A stretch of 64,000 nucleotides of DNA from Candidatus Parcubacteria bacterium (GTDB lineage Bacteria; Patescibacteriota; Minisyncoccia; Phycocordibacterales; UBA5272). Below, piece by piece: positions 1-9,263 of the stretch. The translations under genes and the position numbers were made by a program. Under the pieces are notes generated by a model. It saw nothing but the letters and a program-made list of their open reading frames with translations, ran no database searches and was not told the origin of the DNA. The DNA is taken from the NCBI GenBank assembly GCA_039796775.1, contig JBDKJD010000004.1, forward strand, positions 6,103-70,102, given 5' to 3'. Position 1 is the stretch's first letter. Every line of letters begins with the position of its first letter.

Positions 1-49
1 CTATCTCTGCTGCTCCTGATACTGATATGGTAATAGTCTGTGCTTTCAT
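1..49 (-). CDS. partial CDS (first ~16 codons MKAQTITISVSGAAEI..., runs off window), unknown product
   Basis: ATG at 49..47 (minus) with open frame to window edge, immediately preceded by the recurrent heptamer leader element. Confidence 0.3.
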   Translation of the reverse strand, partial: MKAQTITISVSGAAEI

Positions 50-96
50 GAAAACAGTATATAGTTACTGGTTACTAGTTGCTAGTGGACACACAG
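50..96 (-). promoter_or_regulatory. tandem-heptamer leader element (CCACTAG CAACTAG TAACCAG TAACTAT ..TATACT-6nt-ATG)
   Basis: 7-nt periodic xAACxAG units ending in a TAnACT hexamer 4-7 nt before the ATG; same architecture at 2992, 3313, 4018, 6008, 46504, 48078, 58604, 62081, 62376. Confidence 0.5.
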
Positions 97-183
97 AACG
101 AGGAGCTTAGAGTTCAGAACATAGAAAATAATACTCTCTTTCTCGATCTATATTCTATACTCTATGTTCTGCATTTCTTCTCT

Positions 184-1557
184 TTACTCGAGCTCCAACA
201 CATCCCCCTTCTCTGGCACTATAACATCTGTACCATATTCATTATGAATTCTTTGTCCCAGGAAATAAGTACTCTTCGGCTCACCAAGAACGATACACAC
301 TTTTTTTAAACTATTAGCTGTTGAGCCAACGAATTCAACTAAATGATCTGAGTCTTTGTGTGCAGAGAATCCATGTATATTAATCACACGAGCTCGTAGT
401 GGGACGACTTGATTATTAATTATTAATTCTGACTGACCATCAACTATCTTGCGGCCGAGCGTGTTAACAGCTTGATACCCAGCGATGATGATTGTATTAC
501 GTGGATCACTTAAATACTTTGCTTCATGATGAACGATACGACCACCATTACTCATACCACTTCCTGCTATGATTACTTTTGGTCTATGATCATTGTTGAT
601 TGACTTACTTTCTTCTGGGGAAGGAGTTTTAATCAAGCCCTTAAATGCGAAGACATCATCCCCTTTAACAAGCTCCCTCTCTATATCTTTGTTGAACCAG
701 TGTTCGTATTTTTTGTACACCTTTGTGATATTGATACCAAGAGGAGAATCAAGATACACTGGCACTTCTTTAATCTTACCCCCTTCAACTAATTCATTGA
801 ATGCGAGTAATATTTCTTGAGTTCTCTCTATTGAGAAAGCTGGGATGAGGACGGTGCCTCCTTTTTCGTAAGTAGAGGTAATGGCCTCTTTAAAAATATC
901 AATGCGCTTATCTTTGTCTTTGTGATTTCTGTCTCCATACACACTTTCTAAAACTAAATAATCAATATCATGAAGAAGTGTTGTATCTCTCATAAGCGGT
1001 GACGGTGTATTTCCTAAATCCCCAGTGAAGGCTATTGTTTTATTCTTGTATGTGATAACAATCATTGAGCTACCTAGAATATGTCCAGCGTCTTTAAACG
1101 TGACTTTGATATCACCTTCTTCTCCTCTGATAGTGAGCGTCTCTTCATAGGTGACCACATCTGACCATAAACGCATCGAAGCGAACACGTCTTTTTCTTC
1201 ATAGAGAATAGGCAGATGATGTCTCTCGCTTTCCTTATGAAGAATACCCATTGAGTCCATCAAGATTAACTCTGCCATTTCTCGTGTCGGCTCTGTACTG
1301 ATAATCTTACCACTGAATCCATCGCGCACGAGTTTCGGTATTCTGCCTACATGATCCAAGTGAGCATGTGTGACAAAAAGATATTCAACCTCGTGTGGAT
1401 TGTATGCAAAATCTTCATGATTAATAGGTAAAGCATTATATTCACCTTGAACAAGTCCACAGTCGATGAGAATCTTTTTGCCTCCAACTTCAACTAAGAA
1501 GTTAGACCCCGTTGGCATTTGTGCCCCACCGTGAAAGGTAATACGAAAAGTAGACAT
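184..1557 (-). CDS. MBL-fold metallo-hydrolase with beta-CASP RNA-metabolising domain (RNase J / CPSF-like ribonuclease)
   Basis: 457-aa ORF; HxHxDH motif (THAHLDH), beta-CASP-type downstream His/Asp motifs, overall RNase J-like architecture. Confidence 0.75.
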   Translation of the reverse strand: MSTFRITFHGGAQMPTGSNFLVEVGGKKILIDCGLVQGEYNALPINHEDFAYNPHEVEYLFVTHAHLDHVGRIPKLVRDGFSGKIISTEPTREMAELILMDSMGILHKESERHHLPILYEEKDVFASMRLWSDVVTYEETLTIRGEEGDIKVTFKDAGHILGSSMIVITYKNKTIAFTGDLGNTPSPLMRDTTLLHDIDYLVLESVYGDRNHKDKDKRIDIFKEAITSTYEKGGTVLIPAFSIERTQEILLAFNELVEGGKIKEVPVYLDSPLGINITKVYKKYEHWFNKDIERELVKGDDVFAFKGLIKTPSPEESKSINNDHRPKVIIAGSGMSNGGRIVHHEAKYLSDPRNTIIIAGYQAVNTLGRKIVDGQSELIINNQVVPLRARVINIHGFSAHKDSDHLVEFVGSTANSLKKVCIVLGEPKSTYFLGQRIHNEYGTDVIVPEKGDVLELE

Positions 1558-1565
1558 TGTGATAA

Positions 1566-1922
1566 TTATTTATGGTTACGAATAAAAGCGTAGTAAGCTC
1601 CAGCCACACCAAGTATATAATCAAGGATAGTATCCCAATATTCTAACCAAGAAGAAAATACAAGAACGCCTCTATTGTACTCATATAATTCCCACACGAC
1701 AGCAACAATAGAGATAGAGATTATCAAAAGTTTTTTTGATAAGGGTTTATTGTAATAATTAAAAACACTCATCACTAAATATCCAATCAAGAACCCTCCG
1801 AGAAAATGCATCGGTATATCAAGAAGAGGTAATTCGTGATACAAGTTAGCTGGCTCAAAAACATATCGAGAAATGAGGAATGTGGTTAAGAGTAACGATA
1901 AGGCTAAAAGAATATGTTTCAT
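1566..1922 (-). CDS. small integral membrane protein, unknown function
   Basis: 118-aa ORF with 3-4 hydrophobic helices; no recognisable catalytic motif. Confidence 0.4.
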   Translation of the reverse strand: MKHILLALSLLLTTFLISRYVFEPANLYHELPLLDIPMHFLGGFLIGYLVMSVFNYYNKPLSKKLLIISISIVAVVWELYEYNRGVLVFSSWLEYWDTILDYILGVAGAYYAFIRNHK

Positions 1923-2379
1923 TATTCTAGCAGTATATCATGCTTGATGTTTGATTAAGAAAAGAAAAAACTACACAATGTGTAGTTTTTTCTTAGATAC
2001 TTAGGACATCTTCCTGATGTTTTAAGTCAGGTGGGTGAGAAACGAATGAGACCTCGGTCAACATTACAATATTCTATAACCCGAAAGATGTTTATCCAGA
2101 AAAATACCTAAGTATCTATCATTATTATATTCTTGAAAAAGAAAAAGTAAAGCCGAATTATTTTAATGTAAAAAGTTTATTTTTCAGAACTTACTTTTGA
2201 AAGTACGTGTCATTTTCTTGCTAGAAAATGCACTCCCTCTCGCCTACCCGGCTCCGAGAAACTTTCAAAAGTAAGTTCTCTTGTTGGAGCGGTAAACACA
2301 AGAGCGGCGCCTACGGCGCCGCTCTTGTTTCGTACATTCTACACTCTGTATTCTACGTTCTAGAGTCTAGCATCTTAAA

Positions 2380-2991
2380 CTATTCTGCAAGTCCGTCTAG
2401 ATTCACATCATAAAGCATTGCTTCTGTCACGAGACGATAGTTCATGATCTCTTCCTTAGTAAACCACAGATCTACCTCTCTTTGATACGCTCCTTCACCA
2501 TCTGCCGGATCAGTGCAGTGTATTAGATTACGCATGCCACGAGATCCATCAACATCACAAAGGTAATAAGAGTCGAGCGCATAGTCTCCTCGTATTGTAC
2601 CTGAGTCAGCTGTTGTAGGCTCAGTACCACCAACCAGACGCTTCACTACAGCTTGAGCCTGATTCCCTTCTATAACAAGAGACACTACAGGTCCAGCACA
2701 CATGTAGTGCACCATGGCACGAATAATATCCTTTCCATATTCAATCGCTTCTTTGTCGATGGTATGACCAAGTTTCTTTTTGTTCTCAAGAATATTAGTC
2801 CCTTTTTTGAGATACCAAGCATCATCTTTATTGTAATGCTTCCACAACGTCTCTTCGTTGACCATATGCATTTTCATGCCAACAATTTTAAGACCAATTC
2901 TTTCGAAACGCTTAACTATTTCACCGACTAAGCCACGCTGTACCGCGTCTGGTTTAAGGATAATAAATGTTCTTTCTTTTTTTGGATGCAT
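2380..2991 (-). CDS. ndk: nucleoside diphosphate kinase
   Basis: N-terminal ERTFIILKPDAVQRGLVGEIVKRFE and conserved NDK core; ends on TAG. Confidence 0.9.
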   Translation of the reverse strand: MHPKKERTFIILKPDAVQRGLVGEIVKRFERIGLKIVGMKMHMVNEETLWKHYNKDDAWYLKKGTNILENKKKLGHTIDKEAIEYGKDIIRAMVHYMCAGPVVSLVIEGNQAQAVVKRLVGGTEPTTADSGTIRGDYALDSYYLCDVDGSRGMRNLIHCTDPADGEGAYQREVDLWFTKEEIMNYRLVTEAMLYDVNLDGLAE

Positions 2992-3030
2992 AGAAATAGT
3001 TACTGGTTACTAGTTGATAGTTAATAGTTT
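2992..3030 (-). promoter_or_regulatory. tandem-heptamer leader element upstream of ndk
   Basis: mRNA sense CTATTAA CTATCAA CTAGTAA CCAGTAA CTATTTCT-ATG; no Shine-Dalgarno. Confidence 0.5.
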
Positions 3031-3108
3031 TAATGTTTCTATACTAACAAAAACAAAGCAAAAAACCAAGCAACAATGCTCGGTTTTTTGTTATTTCTCT
3101 TTGAATCT

Positions 3109-3312
3109 TTAGTGCGCGACGTATGGAAGGAGTCCCATGAATCTTGCGCGCTTGATAGCATTAGCGAGAGCTCTTTGATTCTTAGCTGTTAGCCCTGTCT
3201 TTCTGCGATTAAGCATACGAGCGTGAGGGTTCAAGAACTTTACTAGAATCTCAGTGTCCTTGTAGTCGATAAACTTTATATTGTTTGCATTAAAGTGATC
3301 TTGTTTTTTCAT
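3109..3312 (-). CDS. rpsR: 30S ribosomal protein S18
   Basis: IDYKDTE...RRKTGLTAKNQRALANAIKRARFMGLLPY signature. Confidence 0.9.
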   Translation of the reverse strand: MKKQDHFNANNIKFIDYKDTEILVKFLNPHARMLNRRKTGLTAKNQRALANAIKRARFMGLLPYVAH

Positions 3313-3352
3313 AGAGATAGTTAATGGTTGATAGTTACTAGTTAATAGTTTT
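3313..3352 (-). promoter_or_regulatory. tandem-heptamer leader element upstream of rpsR
   Basis: sense AACTAG TAACTAT CAACCAT TAACTAT CTC-ATG. Confidence 0.5.
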
Positions 3353-3553
3353 TACTTCTTATTTACCCTAAGCAAAGATGGGTAGGATTTATTTAGTCTG
3401 AGGTGGTCTTAAAGTCGGTAATACTTTTTTTCTAAACTAAGAAAATTGTTTTAGTTGCGAGAAGCTTAGAAATTTTACGACGGAGATGTAGGGACACTAC
3501 ACTGACTGAGTAAAATTTCGTAGCGACGAAGCAGATGAAATAATTTTATGTGT

Positions 3554-4012
3554 TTAGAATGGGATGTCGTCGATGTTAACATTAGCATCTCCATAATCGA
3601 TCGTATCTAAATCTGGCGCTTGGCTAGCAGCAGCTTGTTGCTGAGGAGCGACAGCGTCGCTACCTGCTTGTGCTAGGCCACCTGACTTAGGACCGAATTG
3701 TACGGCGTCTGCTACAATTTCTGTTCTATACTTTTTCTCATTAGTAGTTTTGTCATCCCAGCTACGTGTCTGGATACGACCTTCTATCATGACACCTTGT
3801 CCTTTCTTAAGGTACTGAGCACTTGTCTCTGCCTGACGACCGAAGACTACGATGTTGTGATACTCAACTTGTTCTTGTTTTGCACCATTTGCATCTTTGT
3901 ACACACGGTTAGTAGCGAGAGAAAATGATGTTACTTTATTTCCATTTGGGAGTGATCTCATTTCTGGATCACGAGTCAAATTTCCATAAAGATATACTTT
4001 GTTTAAATACAT
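3554..4012 (-). CDS. ssb: single-stranded DNA-binding protein
   Basis: OB-fold SSB core, Gly/Gln-rich linker and acidic C-terminal tail ...DDIPF. Confidence 0.9.
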   Translation of the reverse strand: MYLNKVYLYGNLTRDPEMRSLPNGNKVTSFSLATNRVYKDANGAKQEQVEYHNIVVFGRQAETSAQYLKKGQGVMIEGRIQTRSWDDKTTNEKKYRTEIVADAVQFGPKSGGLAQAGSDAVAPQQQAAASQAPDLDTIDYGDANVNIDDIPF

Positions 4013-4077
4013 ACGAAGTGAGAGTAGTTAGTTATTAGTGATCAATGATTAGTATAACATCAAACACATGCTACAAA

Positions 4078-4578
4078 CTACTTAATCTCTTCAGCTGAAA
4101 CGACGACTTCTGCTTCAGCTGTTGTGTCGATATTAGCTTCCTTTGAAGCGGCAATATCTTCATCTGACGGTCCGTCTTCGTTATCAATAAGAGATTCTGC
4201 TTTAACTACTGGGGCACGCTTGGTGTACACAGTATTCTCAGCGACAGTACGAACGACGATATATCTCACCACCTCTTCGTCTAGCTTGATCCCTTTTTCA
4301 AGAGTGGCTACTTTGTCACCAGCAAGCTCGAACTTTATCCAACCGAAATATCCTTCATTAAAACGAACATTCACATTCTTCTGAACTCTTATCATTTCGT
4401 AAGCGAGCTCGCGCATATACGGAGCCTCTTCTGAAATGAAGCTACCTCCTAGAGTAGCAATAGACTGCTTAAGCGTTTCAGCTTTCTTAAGCGCAGTGGC
4501 TTCATCTAATTTATTGTCAAAAATAAAAGAGATTTCATATACACGGCTGTCTACTATGGTTTCATTATTTTCAGTCAT
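4078..4578 (-). CDS. rpsF: 30S ribosomal protein S6
   Basis: YEISFIF...GG.F...YMRELAYEM pattern; canonical rpsF-ssb-rpsR order; acidic C-terminal extension; ends on TAG. Confidence 0.85.
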   Translation of the reverse strand: MTENNETIVDSRVYEISFIFDNKLDEATALKKAETLKQSIATLGGSFISEEAPYMRELAYEMIRVQKNVNVRFNEGYFGWIKFELAGDKVATLEKGIKLDEEVVRYIVVRTVAENTVYTKRAPVVKAESLIDNEDGPSDEDIAASKEANIDTTAEAEVVVSAEEIK

Positions 4579-4661
4579 AGGGACATATTATACCATTATT
4601 TTAAGCAAAAAGAAAGATCCGACGATGTGGGGTCTTTTTAGGCAAGAAGTTTGTTATCTTT

Positions 4662-5069
4662 TCACACGAACACTGAAATACGTTTACTTTTGAGGTGATG
4701 TAAATCACTATACGCGTCTGCTTCGATAACCTTATCGACCAACGTTCCACTTTGCTCATTGATAATCGTGTTCTGCAAAAGACGAGCAAAGCGATTGTTG
4801 GGATTATTCCAACCCCACATGAGATGGTGAGTACCATTTTCTTGGTTTTCTTTCATGAGAAGAAAAACTTTGTCTCTTTGTCCTTTGCGAGAACGAGAAA
4901 GTCTGAGCAATCCAAGCTTTTGAAGCTTACTTTCTTCTTCGAGATCAAAACAAAGCTTGCGCCCTGCGATTGTGACTAAGATGCAACCTTTGCGTTTTTG
5001 GTGTAGAGCAACGTGAGTAACATACCCCCAAACGGAGGTATATGGTGAATACTTCATGATTTTCTCCAA
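4662..5069 (-). CDS. hypothetical protein
   Basis: 135-aa ORF, no recognisable motif. Confidence 0.35.
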   Translation of the reverse strand: MEKIMKYSPYTSVWGYVTHVALHQKRKGCILVTIAGRKLCFDLEEESKLQKLGLLRLSRSRKGQRDKVFLLMKENQENGTHHLMWGWNNPNNRFARLLQNTIINEQSGTLVDKVIEADAYSDLHHLKSKRISVFV

Positions 5070-5161
5070 TATGAGTGAACTGAACTATCTCTATCCTCTA
5101 CCTTTTTGAGCGCATTGTCAACTTGGGGGAATAGTAAAGGGGTTATTTAATAGAGAAATAG

Positions 5162-6007
5162 TTATTCTGGTATAGAAAACATTCTCTTCACATTCTCTAA
5201 CACCTGTATACGCATCGTCTCCATATCTTCGTTTCTGAGCACTGCCATACGAGCAACCACTTCTTGCACTTTAAGTGAATCATTTCTCTCCCCTCTGAAT
5301 GGAGCAGGTGTCGCATATGGGCTATCTGTCTCTGCAATAATCATAGTTGGGGGTAAAAATCTGACAACATCATCGTAATCTTTGGTAAACGTAATAACTC
5401 CGGAGAAGCTCATAGTGAATCCAATCTCAATAAACCGCTTAGCTATGTCGATGTCTCCTACAAAAAAATGTGCATTGCCTCGCAATTTAGTCCCGTACTT
5501 TTTCTTGGCGCCTTCAAGCATAAAAAGCATGTCTTCATACGCATCCATCGTGCCTTTACTTGGTCTACCGTGGAGCATGAGGGGTAAGTTAAGTTCTACA
5601 GCAAGATGTATCTGCTCTTCAAAAATTCTCTTCTGTCTGTCTGCTTCAGCGTCTTTATTCCAAGATAAGCCCTTCTCTTTCTTATCTCTATCAAAAAATG
5701 TCTCAACATAGTGGTAATCGAGTCCACATTCCCCTATTGCGACAACCTTTTTACTCTTAGCTAAGTCGCGATAAAACCCTGCATCAAATTCCTCCGTGAC
5801 ATTGTCTGCTGGATGATGCCCGACACTTGCGAAAACATGCTCACACTTCTCAGCTAAAGCAACCGCTTTTGTACTCTCTTCTTTATCTGTACCAACGGTT
5901 ATAGCCCCAACACCATAGGACTTCATAGAAGCGAGCACCTGGTCTCTATCTTCATCATACTTTCTGTCATGGAGATGCGCATGGGCATCAAAGAGAGCGT
6001 AGTTCAT
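5162..6007 (-). CDS. tatD: TatD-family metal-dependent hydrolase/DNase
   Basis: N-terminal FDAHAHL, internal GECGLDYH and later His/Asp ligands typical of TatD amidohydrolase fold. Confidence 0.85.
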   Translation of the reverse strand: MNYALFDAHAHLHDRKYDEDRDQVLASMKSYGVGAITVGTDKEESTKAVALAEKCEHVFASVGHHPADNVTEEFDAGFYRDLAKSKKVVAIGECGLDYHYVETFFDRDKKEKGLSWNKDAEADRQKRIFEEQIHLAVELNLPLMLHGRPSKGTMDAYEDMLFMLEGAKKKYGTKLRGNAHFFVGDIDIAKRFIEIGFTMSFSGVITFTKDYDDVVRFLPPTMIIAETDSPYATPAPFRGERNDSLKVQEVVARMAVLRNEDMETMRIQVLENVKRMFSIPE

Positions 6008-6050
6008 GGGGGGGGTAGTTATTAGTGGTTAGTGGTTAGTGGTTAGAAAT
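6008..6050 (-). promoter_or_regulatory. tandem-heptamer leader element upstream of tatD
   Basis: sense CTAACCA CTAACCA CTAACCA CTAATAA CTACCCCCCC-ATG. Confidence 0.5.
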
Positions 6051-6150
6051 AAGTATACATCATACTCATTAGGTGCAATCGGTGACATCTTCTTAGATAA
6101 AAGAAAACAGCTCATATGGGAGCTGTTTTTGGGGACAGATTTTTCATCTG

Positions 6151-6704
6151 TTACTTGATAGGGGTTGGAGACTTCGTGCCTGATCTTACCATACTAAGCT
6201 CTAGCCGTGTCTCCATCAGAAGTTTACCTAAATGATTCTGTCCCTGACGAGAAGAGTCTGGATATACGGCGACACCAAAAAAGGCATCTCCCCACCAATT
6301 CGTTTCTTCTAGATGTTTCCCTACTGTTGACAGGAGAAAATCTCCAAGTTTTGGGTTGCCATAAATTTTGACCAAAGAATTTGTTTCATGACGGACAATT
6401 TACGCTCCTCCCACTCCTCTTCTGTATATGCCCACAGATGTCGCTTTTGGCCCAAAGTTTTGGCTTGTTTTGGAGACACAAAAACAAACTGAGATCGCAA
6501 ATATCTTTGATCTTGTTGAACGGTTGAAAACTTGGCAGCTTGATAGGCATTCTCGCTTGATGGGTAAATCACACCCTCAAAGACAACTTGGCATGGCCAC
6601 ATGTTGGAAAGTGGTCTATATTCGCCAAAAAATCCTCCTATTTTTGTCGCGCTGATTTCTTGAATCAATTGCGCTTTCTTGCTAAGAGAAAGTTGAGCAT
6701 TCAT
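6151..6704 (-). pseudogene. NADAR (YbiA/DUF1768-like N-glycosidase) domain gene split by a frameshift into two overlapping ORFs
   Basis: ORF 6321..6704 carries NADAR N-terminal half (GEYRPLSNMWPC..YPSSENAYQAAKF), ORF 6151..6375 carries the C-terminal half (ETNWWGDAFFGVAVY...GQNHLGKLLMETR); frames overlap 6321-6375. Confidence 0.55.
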
Positions 6705-6773
6705 GGTAACACTCCTTCAAAGATCAACTAAACAAAGAACCATAATGAATCCTAATAGTAACTTATAGATAAA

Positions 6774-8198
6774 TCAAAGTCTGCCGAACAACGGAGATTC
6801 TGGCATCTTGTTTTCACGAATACATTCTAAAATCTTCGCTGAAGTTCGTGGCATGAATGACACTAATTCACACACAATAACATCAAGCTCTGAGAGACAA
6901 TGATAGAGCATTTCTTTTCCTTTTACTTCGTCGACTTTTATAACCTTAAAAGGTTCATTAGAAGCAATATATTCATCAAGTGTACGCATACGATTCATTA
7001 CTTGTTTTAAAGCTAGATTCATATCATGATTATCTTCTATGAGTGTTACCATCTTTGGCTGACCGAGAGTCACACCATTTGTTGTAACCATTTTCATCAC
7101 GCGACTTGTTAAATTACCAATGCCATTTACTAGATGAGCTGTGTATGAAGCTCGTATTGAATCGATAGTAATGTCTCCATCTTCAAATGAAGGTATCTCA
7201 TGAAGAAGCACAAAGCGAAGCGCTTCCCCGGCCAAATCACCGCACACGGGACGAAACATTTCTATTACTTCATTCGGATCTATCACATTACCGAGTGATT
7301 TACTCATCTTCTGTCCTCCTGATGTGATATGCCCGTGAACGAGTATTTTCTTTGGAAGAGCCAAGCCTGCTGAGAGAAGCATTCCTGGCCAAATAGCCGC
7401 ATGGAAACGAAGAATATCCTTGCCGATAATATGAGTAGTGTTACTCCATCTCTCATTATCAAATGACTCGGTGCCATACCCGATCGCTGTAATATAGTTA
7501 GAGAGTGCGTCACACCATACATACATGACATGCTCTTCATCTCCTGGAACTGGTATACCCCAACCAATCTTAGACCTCGGTCGAGAGAAAGAAACCTTTT
7601 CTAACCCTCTATCAATAAATGCCAGAATTTCGTTCTCACGACTCTTCGGGAATACCTGCATCTCACCGCTCACCATAGCTTCTTTTATTCTGGTTGTATA
7701 CTTTGGTAAATCAAAAAAATAATTCTCTTCTTCGACTTCTTCTGGAGCCTTGAGATGCGCTTGACACTCTCCCTTTTCATTAAGATCTGAATCTTTTTTG
7801 AACTCTTCACATCCTACACAATAGAGAGCTTTGTATTTTTCTTTTGTTATGTCGCCATTTTCTACGAGCTTATTCCATATCGCTTGCGCACCTTTGTAAT
7901 GTTTCTCTTTGTCACTTGTGCGTACAAAATAATCAGGTATAACTGAAAGCTCTTTGTCGAGTGACTTAAAAGCTTCTGCATAAGCATCTACGAAGTCTTG
8001 CACGTCTATTCCTTTTTCTTTAGCTTTCTCTTGTATCTTCTGACCATGCTCATCCATTCCTGTAATGAAAAAAGTGTCTCCTTGTTGTCTAGAATATCTC
8101 GCAAGAGTATCAGCCATGACGAATTCAAAAGCATGCCCTATATGAGGAGCACCGTTTGCATACGCAATTGCTGTGGTGATTAATGTTTTATTCGACAT
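6774..8198 (-). CDS. metG: methionyl-tRNA synthetase (short form)
   Basis: HIGH motif (APHIGHAFE), KMSKS motif, MetRS Zn-knuckle region; likely start MSNKTLITT at 8198 (ORF track extends artificially to 8297 into neighbour). Confidence 0.9.
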   Translation of the reverse strand: MSNKTLITTAIAYANGAPHIGHAFEFVMADTLARYSRQQGDTFFITGMDEHGQKIQEKAKEKGIDVQDFVDAYAEAFKSLDKELSVIPDYFVRTSDKEKHYKGAQAIWNKLVENGDITKEKYKALYCVGCEEFKKDSDLNEKGECQAHLKAPEEVEEENYFFDLPKYTTRIKEAMVSGEMQVFPKSRENEILAFIDRGLEKVSFSRPRSKIGWGIPVPGDEEHVMYVWCDALSNYITAIGYGTESFDNERWSNTTHIIGKDILRFHAAIWPGMLLSAGLALPKKILVHGHITSGGQKMSKSLGNVIDPNEVIEMFRPVCGDLAGEALRFVLLHEIPSFEDGDITIDSIRASYTAHLVNGIGNLTSRVMKMVTTNGVTLGQPKMVTLIEDNHDMNLALKQVMNRMRTLDEYIASNEPFKVIKVDEVKGKEMLYHCLSELDVIVCELVSFMPRTSAKILECIRENKMPESPLFGRL

Positions 8199-9234
8199 GA
8201 TCTTTTTTCTTCCTAACATCGTCAGCAAGTTCCATGAAGATGGCAGCCACAGGGACCGCGAGAAGTACCCCCCAAATACCTGCAAGCTTAGCTCCAACCA
8301 AAAGTGCGATAATCACCACAATAGAAGGAACACCGACTAATTTGTTCATCACCTTTGGATAGAGAACATGGTTTTCAAGTTGACCAATAATAAGATACAC
8401 AATTGCAACAATTCCTAAAAGGGACGCTCCTCCGTGCATCCACGCAATAAAAAGTGCCGGAATGGTAGCGAGTGATAATCCAACTACAGGAATAAGTTCT
8501 CCAAAAAAAGCAAACATAGCTAGGAGTGCAGCATAGGGCACGTCGAGAATTTTGAGTGGAATGTAAACAAGGAGGGCGACTATACATGAAAGTAGTAATT
8601 GGCCTTGCATCCACATGCCGATTTTATTTTGAGTTCTTACCCAAAGGTCTGTAATGTATTCTTCTTTTCTCTTAGGTACGATGAGGCGTAGGAACTTCTG
8701 AACACCGTTTTCTTCAAGAGCTAAGTAAAAGGCCAAAATAAAAGTAAGAGCAACATTAACCAACCCTCCAAGGAGAGACGCAGTGGTTGCGAACACTCCA
8801 CTTGATCCAAAGAATGTATTCTTGAGCACTGTTAATATTTGACCTTTTGATATATCTCTTCCTAACTCTTGAACAGCCAAAGATAAATCTCTGAATCCCA
8901 TATCTCTTCCAAAAATTCTTATCGAGTCAAGAAGTGAAGGGAGTGTCTTAATAAATTTAGCTACATCATCAGCCAAAGGGGGCAGTAATACAAACACAAC
9001 GAGTGCCATGACTGAGATAATGGCTATAAATATTGCTCCAACTGAGACACCTCTAGGAATAGAGTGTCGCGATAGGAATTTTACCGGCACTTCAATCGCT
9101 GAAGCCAAAATAATCGCCACCAAGATAACAATCACTAGTTCACTCAAGTAGAACAAAGTAAAAAGAAGTATAAGAAACAGTATGGTTCTTATAATTGACC
9201 CGCTAGAGATAGAAATTGTAATAGATTCTTTCAT
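8188..9234 (-). CDS. AI-2E family transporter (PerM/UPF0118)
   Basis: 348-aa, ~8 TM helices with the AI-2E/UPF0118 topology and conserved Gly/Pro-rich TM segments. Confidence 0.75.
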   Translation of the reverse strand: MKESITISISSGSIIRTILFLILLFTLFYLSELVIVILVAIILASAIEVPVKFLSRHSIPRGVSVGAIFIAIISVMALVVFVLLPPLADDVAKFIKTLPSLLDSIRIFGRDMGFRDLSLAVQELGRDISKGQILTVLKNTFFGSSGVFATTASLLGGLVNVALTFILAFYLALEENGVQKFLRLIVPKRKEEYITDLWVRTQNKIGMWMQGQLLLSCIVALLVYIPLKILDVPYAALLAMFAFFGELIPVVGLSLATIPALFIAWMHGGASLLGIVAIVYLIIGQLENHVLYPKVMNKLVGVPSIVVIIALLVGAKLAGIWGVLLAVPVAAIFMELADDVRKKKDHVE

Positions 9235-9263
9235 AACGCTATTCTATCACAAACTGACGAAAG

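Noticed and set aside
8375-8614. 79-aa minus-strand ORF inside AI-2E transporter gene
   Set aside because: Alternative frame of a conserved membrane protein gene.
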